Shown: positions 11,502-23,502 of the stretch, in pieces
Position numbering within the stretch: position 1 is the stretch's first letter
Layout: each line of letters opens with the position of its first letter
From: Lama guanicoe
Taxonomy: Eukaryota
Direction of reading: 5' to 3'
DNA: 64,000 nucleotides
NCBI GenBank assembly: GCA_013239625.1
Contig: MU054212.1
Location: 5,738,270 to 5,802,269, forward strand
Program-made: the position numbers and the translations under genes
The notes under the pieces: model-generated
What the model saw: only the letters and a program-made list of their open reading frames with translations
Databases searched by the model: none
Told to the model about the DNA's origin: nothing

Positions 11502-13799
11502 ATCATTCACAGGGAGTCTTTCTTTTATTTCTGTCTCCCATTTGGAGGTTCCATTAATAATTCATAATCTTTCTAGAAAAAAAGTCAAACTGTATTTATT
11601 GAAATATACTTGAGTATGGCTGGGTCCAGGAGTCAGAAGAAATAAAAGTAATTATTAATTATTAGTACTTGTCACTTTGATATGATATATCATAAATGTT
11701 TCCTTAAGACTCCTTATAACTTCCAGAAATGTTTTTTAGGTTGTCTAACGAATGTCAGAGTGACCATCCTTGATAGTGATTGTTAGTAAGATCCATTAGT
11801 TACATAAAACCATGGGAGCTACATGGAGAAAAAGGCAGTATTAGTCTAGGAAGATACTTGCAAATCAAATAGTTTTTTTTTTTCACGATTACATATTGAT
11901 GCTCTAACTCTTTATTCCTAAACTTTAAAATTGCCTTTTCAAGGCATCAACCATTCTAACAGTCATTTAAAGGCATATAATTTTTTTTTTAATGAACAGC
12001 CTTTGAGCAGAATTTAATTCTTCTCTTTAGGTGCTTTAATTCATATACCTTAGGTCATTCCATAAGTTTAAGAAAAGATACAAAAATTGTTTTATAAGTG
12101 AATAGTTATAACTCAAATCCATATTGCAAGCTGAATCTCCGATTCACTTGCTTTTAATAAAACAGAAGGAAGAAATAGTGATTTAAATGTTGTATGTATA
12201 TAGTTTGAAAACAAAAGTGTTTAATATTTATAAAACATCTCACTTTCCAGAGAGGTAGTCCTCAGGGGCAAAAATTAGTGTATTATAAATTAAATTTAGT
12301 ATTTAATGTCAACCTAAATACCATCTTGAGTTAAACTTGACATTGAATTCCAGATTTATCTGCTACATATTATTTGCCTCTATGTATGTTGTCTGATGTA
12401 ACTATATTTGCACTAAAAAAAATTACAGAAAAAGTATCTATTTGGGGGTTTTTTATAAGCCTTCATCTGGACATCTGTTGTACACTCATGTATAAAGTTA
12501 TAAAGTTACAGCCTCATAATCTTCATTCAATGTAATGTTCTGACAGAATTTTAATCATACAGCTTCAAAAAGTCCATATTCACTCTGACTGGATGTTTTG
12601 GTTATAGGCACAATCATTTCTGAAATGATGCCAACATTTGAATATTATACACCAGGGTATAGAACACACATGCAGCCTTTGACTATAGTAGGAGTTTAAA
12701 GGTGTTATAATCTTGGCTAAAATGGGCCCAGCTTTTTCAGAAAGATATTTGAAACCCAAAACAAGCTTTTGAAAGTACTGCCACATTTCCCCATGCCTAT
12801 TTAATAAACTCCAACCTTTGTAGGGATTTCTGGTGTTTGTAAGACCTCCTTCGGGTCGTGCTAGCATGCAGGAGCCCACAGACATTACTAGTGCCCTGGA
12901 AATAGAGTGCGTCTTCCAGGTCCCATTAGGACAAAGACATAAATGGATCAACCTGTTACCCATCAACTAATTTTTTAAAAAATGAATAATCTATTGTTTA
13001 GTTGTCTCCATTCCTCCATTTAGTTACCTTTGAATTACTGAACACTTTACGCTTAAGCTGCACTTAGTCTAACTTATTTTTCTTTTACCATTTTACGGGT
13101 ATTTTTAAACTCCGATATTCATCTTGGGTAATGTGTACAACAAGGTGCTTTCCTGTAAGTTTCAATATAACAGTTCTCGGAATATTTGGGTGCTAGTTTC
13201 TTGCTTGGTCATCTGTTGGCTATTTTTAAGTCGGTTTGTAATTTCCGAAGAGTTGTGTTTACAGCAATAAAATGATTAATACGCCTTCATTATCTTCTCT
13301 GAATTGTAAGGTGGGGATGGGTTTTAGAATATAAGGATTCATTAGAGGTTATCAAACCTAGTTATTATTCTCAGTCCATTTCAGGGAAGAAACACTTATT
13401 TTATGTTCACACTTAAAACTTTTCATTTTCCATTTCCTGGCTCTTTTTTTTTTCCTATTTAGTGAGGAACCTACTCTGCAGAGAGCTGCTTAAAGCACAG
13501 CCGTAAGCAGCCCCACGCAAACAAATAAATAACTTGCATTTTAAACTTTTATTTGATACTTTTATCATCTCTATGCTTTCACCTTTTTCTCTTTCATATT
13601 CTAATTTTTTTGGTTTACATCAACATTTTATTTCTTTCAAATGGCTTTTCTTCTTCCTTGCTTTTAAAATCAAACCTGTTCGTCTTTATTGAGGTGCACC
13701 TCCTTGTTGCTCTCCAACGCCACTTTCAGAACATGATCACCTTCGTCATGCACAAAACCGTCCCCTTTGCAGACATAGGGAAATACTTATACCCTCCTC

Positions 13800-15830
13800 C
13801 TTCTCTCCTCCTTGTGCCATTTCCTGACCTCTTAATAACGTCCCCACTTTTATTGATGCCTGTATTCTGGCCCACAATCTTCCGTGATTTCTCCAACTCC
13901 TGAAAGTGTTCACAGTATCTTAGGTGGCCACATAAATGAGGCACTTGACATCCCCCATTCTCAGTTCCTAGACCTCCCTCTTCCCAGTCCATCTCAGCCA
14001 CCTGCTTCCTCGGCACAACCCAGCATGGCAGTACCTTGGATGTCTCAGTTTCAAGTCTTCTTATCTTTTCAGCTCATTTGCTTGAGGATTCCAATTGTTC
14101 CAATTCCTCCCCTTCATCCAAGCTTCAATTCTTCGGACTCCCACCACTTTCTCACCGTCTGTCAGCTTCACTTGGCTCCTTGTCTAATCAAACTTCATGA
14201 GCCCAACTACAGTCACCTCTTGGAGCATTCCTTCTACTTCCTTGCCCTAATCTTTCTCTTTCGTATCCAAAATCTTTCACACCCCCATCTTGGTCTGCAC
14301 ACAAACGGCTAAACAAGTGATTCAAGTGAGTTGACTTTTTTCATTTTAAATACTCGATTTCAAATCTCAGAGTAACATCAAATGCTTCCCTAAATCCTGT
14401 CTGATTTCGTGACAGACTTTCCATCTCATTATACCAGATGAAGGTCTTCTATACCTTCTCTGTCCTCAACCCTCCCACACCTCTTCTTTCCCCTTATTCT
14501 TAGTTGATGACCTAATCCTGTTTGTTGTTCACTGAGAAAATAAGCCAATCTTGAATCCACTCATCTTCCTCTGCCAGGCCTGCACATCCACCTGCATTTG
14601 CACCTACATTCTCCCCCCATCTTATTACAATGGACTTAGTGTCCTACTCATATAAAAAGACAATTCCCCATTTGTGCTCAAGGACTTTGCTCCTTCCCTA
14701 ATAGCTTCATAGTCTCTTTCCTGTTCTCTCTCTGTCTCTTTCCCCTGGAACATTTCCATCAGCACCCTCCCTGTGGCTACTGCCTCATTTTTTGTTTGTT
14801 TGTTTCGCCAAACTTTTTAAGACTCATGTACACGTGCTTTTTTTTTTCTTTCCCATGTCCCATCAGATTTCAGCACTCACCCATCAGTCCATCAGAATGG
14901 TGCTTGTTAAGTTTGTCTAAGACCTATACATTGCCAAATACAAGGCTTACTGTTCTGTCCTGGCCTTTCTTAACCATTGGAAAGAACCTGAAAAAAGTTA
15001 ACTATTTCATTTTCCTTGAAACACTCCTCTTTCTTGGCTTTTAAAACATCATCTTCTATGGATATGGATTGTATTTCACTGGCCAATCGCTCTCATGTTT
15101 TTGGTTCCCAACTTACCCAACTTTCAAGTGGTAATGTTCCCCTACAGTTTGTTCCAAGACCTCTCCTCTTAACACTCTACACTGTCTCGATGATAACTTA
15201 TCCAAGCCCTTTTTAAAATGTTTCAAGATTAAAACTTGTAATTTATCCCCTAAAAATCCCTCATCCCAGCAAACATGACTCCACTGACCCATTGCTCAAA
15301 CCTGAAACTGAGTACTCCTCCTGGATTTCACCCTTTCCCTCACCCCTCACATTTGATCCATTAATAAGTCCTATGGATTCTATAACCAAAATATATCTCA
15401 AGCCATCTAACAGTTTCCATCACCATCTGCCACCCTATCAGAACTGCCTCTTAAGTAAGGACCTTCTTCAAACAGTTTTCCTATAGGTAAGCCTATCTGG
15501 CCTTCTAAAGGTATAAATTAAAGTATAAATTAGATTAAGTCAATCCCCTATTTTAAGAATTTCAATGGATTTCATTGCATGTCTTAGGACAGCCTACAGG
15601 GACCAGCCTGATCTGGCATAAAAGATGGTGGTGGAAAGGTGAGGGAAGCTTGAACCGTAGTAATTATAATGGAGGAGGTGGGAGGAAATGGACTGAAGAA
15701 AGGCTCTGAACTCTGCAACTGGTATTCATTCTGCATGGAGCAATTCCCTCCTCATTTTCATACGGTTGCATACTTTCATCTTTCAGGTAGCAACTTAAGT
15801 ATCATTTCCTCAGAAATTCTTTCCTTGACC
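13800..15830 (+). mobile_element. Degenerate L2 LINE segments
   Basis: Long pyrimidine-rich, L2-like stretch; the many short Pro/Ser/Leu-rich ORFs here are its shadow; boundaries approximate. Confidence 0.55.
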
Positions 15831-15835
15831 CACTT

Positions 15836-16470
15836 GCTCATTCATTCATTCATTCATCCATCCATTCCACAAGTAGTTACTGAGTGTCTAATAGTAACTG
15901 GACCAAGCAGTGGTGATACGATAGTGAGCAACACTCCCCATGGAGTTTATGTCCAGGAGAGGGAAAGGGTAGGGGAGGTATGACAATAAACAATAAATAT
16001 ACGGTGTATTAGACTGCAGTAAGTGATCAAGAGAAAAGCAAAGCAGGCAACTGAGGCTAGGTTGGGCAGGATGGGGACGATACTCTTTCATACAAGGTCG
16101 TTAAGATGGGGTTCTGCTATAGGTAGTATTTGAGCAGATACCTGGAGAACAATCAGGAGCAAGCCATGTGGCTTCCTGGGTACAGGGCATTTCAGGCAGA
16201 GGGGACTACAAAATTGCAAAAATTCTGAGGCAGACATGATCTTCAGGTATTCAAGAAAGAAGGAGACCTTTGTGACGGAGTGAAAGAAGGAAAGGACTGA
16301 GGAGCAAAGTCTGAGGGGTAACAGGGGATGAGGTGGAGTCTGACCTTGCAGGCCACTGTAAGCATTCTGACTTATTCTCAGTGAAATGGAGAGCCCCTGG
16401 AAAGCTTGGGCAGAGGATGCTCTGCTCAGATTTGTATTTTTAAAAGATCACCTACTGCTAGCTCTCTTAA
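15836..16470 (-). mobile_element. L2 LINE 3' end, antisense
   Basis: Starts with the (ttca)n L2 tail and 'ttactgagtgtcta', followed by purine-rich L2 body. Confidence 0.7.
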
Positions 16471-17092
16471 TGAGAGTCCTACTACTTGGTTTGACCATAC
16501 AATTTGGTAGCAAAACAAGTGACAAAAATAAAACAAAACTCCTAAACAGTGTAATAAACAACATGCAAAAAGAAATTGGAAAAAGGGCACTGAGCAATAA
16601 ATTAAATTCGAATCTCACTGTAAAGTGCCTTTAAAAAAAAACTCAAGCATAATAAATGCAAATGGAGAATATTAAATTGGTGAGCAAGTTTGAAACAGAT
16701 ACCAGTTTCTGGGCATGTACTTGGTGACTGAGTTCAAATAAGACAAACTCAAGCTGACCCTGGGAGACCTACTTTTCCGAATTTTACAAACAAGCTTAGT
16801 TATGCCAAACTCGGTATATCTCAGTCCTCCCTGTGACTATGTTCCAGTCATCCCTCCCTGTGTAAACTCTAGGGAGGAAAGCCCCCGTCTCAAGAACTTT
16901 CCCAGAACTACTCAGAATATCGGGATCCAATTCTTATCAAGTTCATATCTGGTTGAACCCAGACTGTAATTTGTCACATTTTTCAAAGGAAAATACTTTG
17001 CTGCGTTCAAATTAATAGATATCTCTTTCAAGATGTATGCCAGTTTCTGCTTGATAAATTCCTGACCCAGGCTTCTCAGTCTGTTTTGATCA

Positions 17093-17539
17093 CATCTTCA
17101 ACTGGATCCACTCAAAAGTGGACCCTGAGACAGGATGTGAGGGCAATTTGGGGGAAAGGGATGGAGGTGAAGGAACCACTGGTAGCAAATGCAGAGATGA
17201 AACAGGAAAGGGAAAGCAGCCAATAAAAGTCAGTTACCACCACAGGCAACTGATGCCCTTCTGGGGAAAACCCAGGGAGCCGGTGTAGTACCTGCCACCA
17301 AAGAGCTAAAGCATCCCAGAAATGAAGGAGATTGTGTATTCAGACAACAGCCTTCATCAGTTAATAGCTAAGGACTGCCTCTGGGGACAGAATTCCCTGT
17401 GCTTGCTGCACAGGTGGCTAAAGTGGCTATGGCACCCATGAGGTGAAGACACACAGGAGCCAGCAGTCAGAAACTGGGCATGTAGGCACGGAAATGATAA
17501 GGTCAAAACATGGAGAGGGCACCGAAGGGATCTGTTACA
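17093..17539 (-). mobile_element. Old ERVL-type solo LTR
   Basis: Resembles ERVL LTR consensus as recalled (gaccctgagacaggat...gaaacaggaaagggaaagcagccaataaaag); right end ...gatctgttaca gives a TGT start on the minus strand. Subfamily not certain. Confidence 0.5.
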
Positions 17540-19039
17540 GCCATGGGAGTGCTTAGCACTCTCGGATGAAATATGCTACGTGAAACCTCAGAATTTTCTG
17601 ATTTGACAGCCTTTCTTGAACATTCCACTGCAAGAGCAGGTCATAAGTTAATATACTGATAGATTGGATAACAAACCCCAGTGGTATAAAACAGGAAAGT
17701 CTTCAGGTCCCCCTTGTCATTAATTTGTACCTTTATGATATTGTGTCATTTGTGTTAATTAGGTGCTTGCCCTTGTAAAGTGCTTGGACATATAATCATT
17801 CCCCTGTAATACGTGACTTAGCTTTACTGTTACACTTTTAGGAGTGACCTTGATAGATAATTGGTTTTGATGTCTATTTACTGCCAAAACAAGGGCTATG
17901 AGTCAATTAAAGTCACCGTTTTTTGCATAAACAGCCCTAACACTTTAACAGCTTATTTCTAACAAGAACATGACAACTCACTCCGTTTCTAAGACACATT
18001 CTTGCACCTAGCTTATTGAAAGGGGTACTTCAAATATTCTGTCATTATTTGAATATGGAAGCAATTAAATAACAAGTTTTGAATTAATGTATGATGCACG
18101 GAAGTGAGCACAGTGCCAAGCAGAAACTCAATAATTATTTGCTGGATACCTGGATAAATGCAGTCCACTCACACCTTAGTTTTTCTAAAATCCATTCTTG
18201 CCTTGACAGTCTATATGAGAACCGAGCGCCTAGATTACATCATACTGCTTGTCAAGTTCCCACTATTCCCAATAGAATTTCTCTTTCAGAATTATCCTTT
18301 GGCATGATGACGCTTCTTTAAAATGAGAAACAACATAATTCAATTTCGTTAGATTGTAAAATATATCTTGACCAATTTCTTAAATACGCTTTGGGAAAAG
18401 ACGAGATAAATAAAAATTTGGACCTTCCTAGTATGTAGTTAGGATTAAAGGGTAAACTAACAAAAAAATTTATTTTCAAATGTAACTAAATATTTTTCAA
18501 ATATTTGAAAAATAGTGCCCAGAAAAGTTGGAATGAGAATGTTAACTTCATATGACAATGACCATGGTAGCAATAGAAAAGTGCTCCCAGAACCCTCTGA
18601 GACTGACCAATCATATCTAATATCACCTGCTAGGTGAAGTCAGATATATGTAGAAATTCAGAACTTTTTCACATGCTGTTCCCTGGGAGAATGAGTAAAG
18701 GTATTCCTTCTCTCAGGGGATGAATATTTTACTAGATACCCTTGTAGCGTAGATAAAGGGCATGTCAAAATATCTATCCACCTCTGCTGCCTATTCAAAA
18801 TCAATAAACAATTTGGGGGTTGGCATCTTGATTCCTAGGACAAGTAGAGGGCATCTGGAGAGAGAAGACTAACTTTATAGTCACCCCACCATGCAAACTA
18901 ATAAATTAATATTCTACTGAATAAATCATCTTCTATAAACATGATTATTGTGCATCAATCACCAGGAGAACTGATCTGCTTCCAATATAAAGACAACAAT
19001 AAACGTGAGCCTAGAAAACTCAGATGCCAACCTTATAGT

Positions 19040-19289
19040 GGGGAAGGTTGCTGGGAGGGGGCCCAGAGCCAAGGAGCTGAAGGCGTCCACCAGAAGTTGG
19101 AAAAGGCAAAGGAAACAATCCTTTTCTAGAGCCTCTCGAAGAACTGCAGCCTTGCCAACACCTTAATTTTAGCCCCAGAAGACTCATTTTGGACTTCTGA
19201 CCTTCAGAACTGTAAGATAATGATCTGTGTTGTTTTCAATCACTAAGTTTGTGGTAACTTATTACCACAGCAATAGGGAACGAATAACA
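19040..19289 (+). mobile_element. MaLR LTR (MLT1-type), 3' half
   Basis: Typical MLT1 sequence: gaaaaggcaaggaaaca...ctagagcct...ggacttctgaccttcagaactgtaagata...ttgtggtaacttattaccacagcaatagggaacgaataaca. Confidence 0.8.
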
Positions 19290-22200
19290 GAATTAATTAC
19301 ATAGAGTAATAGCCTAGTCTATGTAAAAATATTATCATTCTCAATTGCAAACATTTAAAAAAAATCCAAAACAAACTCAAAAGAGGGAAAAATTAAGTAA
19401 AGATAGTTGCAACACATATGACAAGTTAATTTCCCTTACACATGACAAGTGTTCATAAATCCATAATCAAGACATCAGTAACACAATGGGAAAAAAGGGA
19501 AAAGGAAGCAAACTTTTCACATAAAAAGAAAAGTTATCTGCCCCCGACCCCGATGACATTTTTCAGAAGTATGCAGCAAGTATGCAGTAAGTATGTAAGT
19601 AATCCACTTTAATTAATACCGAGCTAGAAGCCACGCTGCTCCTTCTGCCCTTATTTGGAAGACATCCCACACCAAGGACATGAAGTCACAGGGAATCAAC
19701 AAGGCACCTCTCTCTGTGGGTAAGAATGATTTTAGGGTGTAAATGAACATCATCCTGATGGTATTAACGTAACTCTTAAGGAAACCGGCGTTTAAGTCCA
19801 TGATTCCTAACACCCACTAAATAACCTGGTTTGCCAGCACCCTTGTTGCCATACATAGATTGGTTTTAATGAGGAGACAGGTTATCTTCAATGCCATTAT
19901 CTCAAGGTGAACAGACATGTAGTCACAGCAACTGCTCTAGGTCAAAGCCAAGACAGCCTCGTTGACCGTTTGTCCATCCCCCAGGCCCAGGCTAATGAAA
20001 ACCCTTCTGCATGAGTCAACTCTAGAAACCTACTTGCCTGCAGCATTTGACATAGTTTGGGACCATAAATATTTTTAAAATTTCCTTTCCTCTAACACTT
20101 GTTTTCAAGAAATTAAGCTTTCCTCAAATACTTAAATAATATCCATCAGTAACCCTAAACTGTGATAATTTGATAGGAAAACTCTGTCCTAACATCATTT
20201 TCATAATAATTTTGCCTGTATAGATTTCCTTTTTTTTTCCCCAAAAAGAATTTGAATTAGCTGTCCTCTGTGGCATTACTTTTAAAAATGTGTGATAAAG
20301 CACTTACTATGTGCTAGGTGGGTAAGACATAAGGAGTGAAGATGTCCTACCACTTTGGAAGCGGGATGAAACAATACTACAGAAGCATAAGTACAGTAAT
20401 TAAACATCAAGAGGACCCCTGAAATTCAACGTACACTTTCATATGAGCAAATGAAACACTACTGTTTTGATTTCAAACATAAATAACAGTGCAAACTTAT
20501 TTTAAAATTTCCACTTGCAGAGTCAGCTTTTAAACTCAATAGTTTAGTCAACTCTACAATATAGAAAGGATTTTTTTTTAAGATAATAACATTTGGCCCT
20601 CAACTCTTTTCTATTTTGCCTTCACCCACCTAGCCAGTACTGGAAAGTGGCTTGAGATATATACATAAATTGAATATAGATCAGGAGGTAGAATTCTTGC
20701 CCTTTTTATAGTAGTCATAAGATTTTCAGCCTCTCTGGGTAATGCCATTACATGAAGGCAAGAGAAGAAAGAGAGGACAGGTTAGAATAATAATCTCTAG
20801 GGTATCTTTAAGCATTAATATCCCATACTCCGTTTCCATGGTGGCTGGTACCCCACAAGAGAAACAGAAGAGCGGCTATATATCTAAGGTCAAAACCTCA
20901 ATCAAGCTTTGCCTAGAAAAGGATTTCACTAACTACAATCCTTTGGGGATTCTATTTTGAGATCATTCCCCTCAAATCTCCCAAAGAGTAAATACAAAAG
21001 TGGCATCAAGTGACCACTTCTCAGTTACTGCAGAGTCTTTAAAATCTGCCCATGATAGTTACCTCCAGATTCAAAATTCTGGGGACCACTGAAATGAGGA
21101 GTTACAAATGGGGAATTCTGGAGGAATCATCCAAATAATCTGGTCCTTACTTCTATTGCTTGTTGTTTCTTTTCTTTGAAACTCATTCTATACAAAGCAA
21201 TCCAGATAAATAGAAACTCTAATATTTCTGAAGAAATAAGCCAATCATGGTGTAAACAAAGGGTGGAAACCCTTGTAAAATATCCTCATGTGACACAACA
21301 AGGAAGAAGTATAATTTTCCCCTTGTGAAAAACGATAACTCATAGGGGTCTAGACCTGTTTCATTAATTCTCTTAGGCAATTTAAATTATTCTAATTCAA
21401 CATTAGCTAAAATAAAACAGAAATCAATTTCTTTCACTGGCCAATCAACGGTCAACTTTCTGTACGATGCATGTTAGTATAATACGCTATTAGCGGATGC
21501 CTCAGAGCCTGCGTGGAACCGGCACCATTTCTACCTCCCACGTGCAGAGAGACAAAGGGAAGATGCTGCTGCATTCTAAAAGCACAAAGCTCACTGGTGC
21601 TATTGATAGGGGAATATATCTCAAAGAGTAAAAATATTTTAATGCCATTCTGACCTAGGTATAAAAGAAAATTTTTCTATGGTAGATACAACTGTCAGAT
21701 TTCAAACCTCTGGACAAAAATTCATGAAAACAGAGAAGGATGAAAGCTCATTTGGATATAAAACAGCTACAAGAGAATTTTCAAAATATTTATTTACTCT
21801 AGCATGGCCTTCCATAACTCTTGGTTTAAAGACTAGTCGAGCATACGTTGAAATAGTGGGTTACTATCCGTCCCGTGAATGTGTGTGTGTTACTTCTAGA
21901 CAATCTGGAAAACCACCTGAAGATGTATTTAAAGAAAGCATGATCCAGACACATGCCTTATCAGGTCAGCTTATCTATTTTTGAATTAGGCAGATATCCC
22001 CAAATATACAATTTGGCTTGGGCAGACATATCCAAATACTGCCTCTTTGTAACAATGTATTTTTTTCCATGCTTAAGTATAATTTCCTGCTCTCTGTCTC
22101 ACAAATATTTTCAGCATACAATTTATTTCTCTTCATTTTAGAATACTATGTTAGCCCTCTTACTGCCTTGATTCTTTCCTATGCTTCCAAACATGCTAAA

Positions 22201-23079
22201 CTATGGTTCTCGAGGGACCAAATTCTACTTAGAATACATCCCATGAGTAGGGACAGATGTGTCTTGTTTCTGAATTTCAGGGATGGGGCGGTGAAGGCAA
22301 GATATAGTCTCCCTTTAAAATTCTCCAACCGACACCTAATAGTAATTAGAGAAGACTTAACTACATTTTCTTTTTATGTCTTTCAATGTTGCTGTCAGCG
22401 GGCAATTTTTTTTTCATAAGAAAACTACACCTGTTCTAAACCAAGACTGACAAGGGGGAAGAGAGAAATAAAAAAGGGGAAATGATTTTCAGAAATATCC
22501 AGATACTGCTCTGCTCTTTTCTCCTTAAACTCCTAGGTTTCCAATTTCAGCTTCTTCTCAATAAACATTTAAGGGGGTTTAAAAGGTGTTCGTCACTCAT
22601 GTTATGTACTTTTTTTATCAGCAGAAATGCCGTGAGGAGTGAATGCACTCAGTATTGTGGTTACCTTAAAACAACGGAGTTAATGTTAAACCCTCATGGT
22701 TTGACTGTATATTGAGGAAAGAAGATGCTAAAATGTAGAAATAAATATGCTAGTAAAATTAGAGTTTCTTTGTCTTAACCTTATTTTTAGAATGTCTTTA
22801 AAATTGAGGAATACAGCTCACCTATAGGACTTCTTAAGGAAGGAAGCAGGAATCATCGGAATTAAGAGATGAAAGTTTCATTATTCTGTCTTTCTCCCTA
22901 CACCACACTTAGGCCTGGTACCTTTTCATAATGCCCTCTGCTCAAAATCGCAGTCCTTGAAGTTGGCTCTGTAGTGAACATGTGTGTATGTGTGTCAGTA
23001 TATGTAATTTTGCTTTTACAACGCTGGCAGTAAGAAGCAGCCTACTAATTTTATTCAGCATGATGACAGGCCCTAGCAT

Positions 23080-23227
23080 NNNNNNNNNNNNNNNNNNNNN
23101 NNNNNNNNNNNNNNNNNNNNNNNNNNNNNNNNNNNNNNNNNNNNNNNNNNNNNNNNNNNNNNNNNNNNNNNNNNNNNNNNNNNNNNNNNNNNNNNNNNNN
23201 NNNNNNNNNNNNNNNNNNNNNNNNNNN
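23080..23227. other. Assembly gap (148 N)
   Basis: Run of N. Confidence 1.
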
Positions 23228-23267
23228 AGCCCAAGCAAGGCCAGTCATCCAGACCAGCCCCGGAGTT

Positions 23268-23325
23268 TGGGGTGGGGAAACAGAGTCATTATAGAACATC
23301 TTCACTCCTCTATCAAGAGAGCAGC
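23268..23325 (+). promoter_or_regulatory. DSG4: DSG4 core promoter candidate
   Basis: GGGTGGGG (KLF/Sp box) near 23270 and TATA-like TTATAGAA at 23289-23296, about 30 nt before an ATG-free leader of about 135 nt ending at the start codon. Confidence 0.55.
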
Positions 23326-23454
23326 AGTTATCACCCAGGCCCTCCTAGAAGGGCATCTCGAAGCACATCTTGCTCCAAAGCCGGATTCAGGACCCAGAGG
23401 ACTAGGACTAAAATCAAATCTCACTGGGCTTCGTGTGCAAGAGAGACTGAAGGA

Positions 23455-23502
23455 ATGGACTGGCTCCTTTTCAGGAACATGAGCTTTTTGATCATTCTAA
23501 TG
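23455..23502 (+). CDS. DSG4: DSG4 exon 1, coding part
   Basis: ggaATGg ... CTA ATG|gtaagt; [16 protein letters not shown]. Confidence 0.95.

Noticed and set aside
13553-15486. Run of 60-140 aa ORFs in the spacer (and 31822-33712 in intron 1)
   Set aside because: Pyrimidine-rich decayed L2 sequence with few stop codons; no coherent reading frame or domain.
11600-23000. Possible extra DSG1 paralog or pseudo-exons between DSG1 and DSG4
   Set aside because: No cadherin motifs seen in any listed ORF or by eye. A tblastn with desmoglein exons would be the decisive test.
22942-23482. ORFs spanning the N run
   Set aside because: Their length comes from the gap; only the tail of ORF 23272..23517 is real (DSG4 exon 1).
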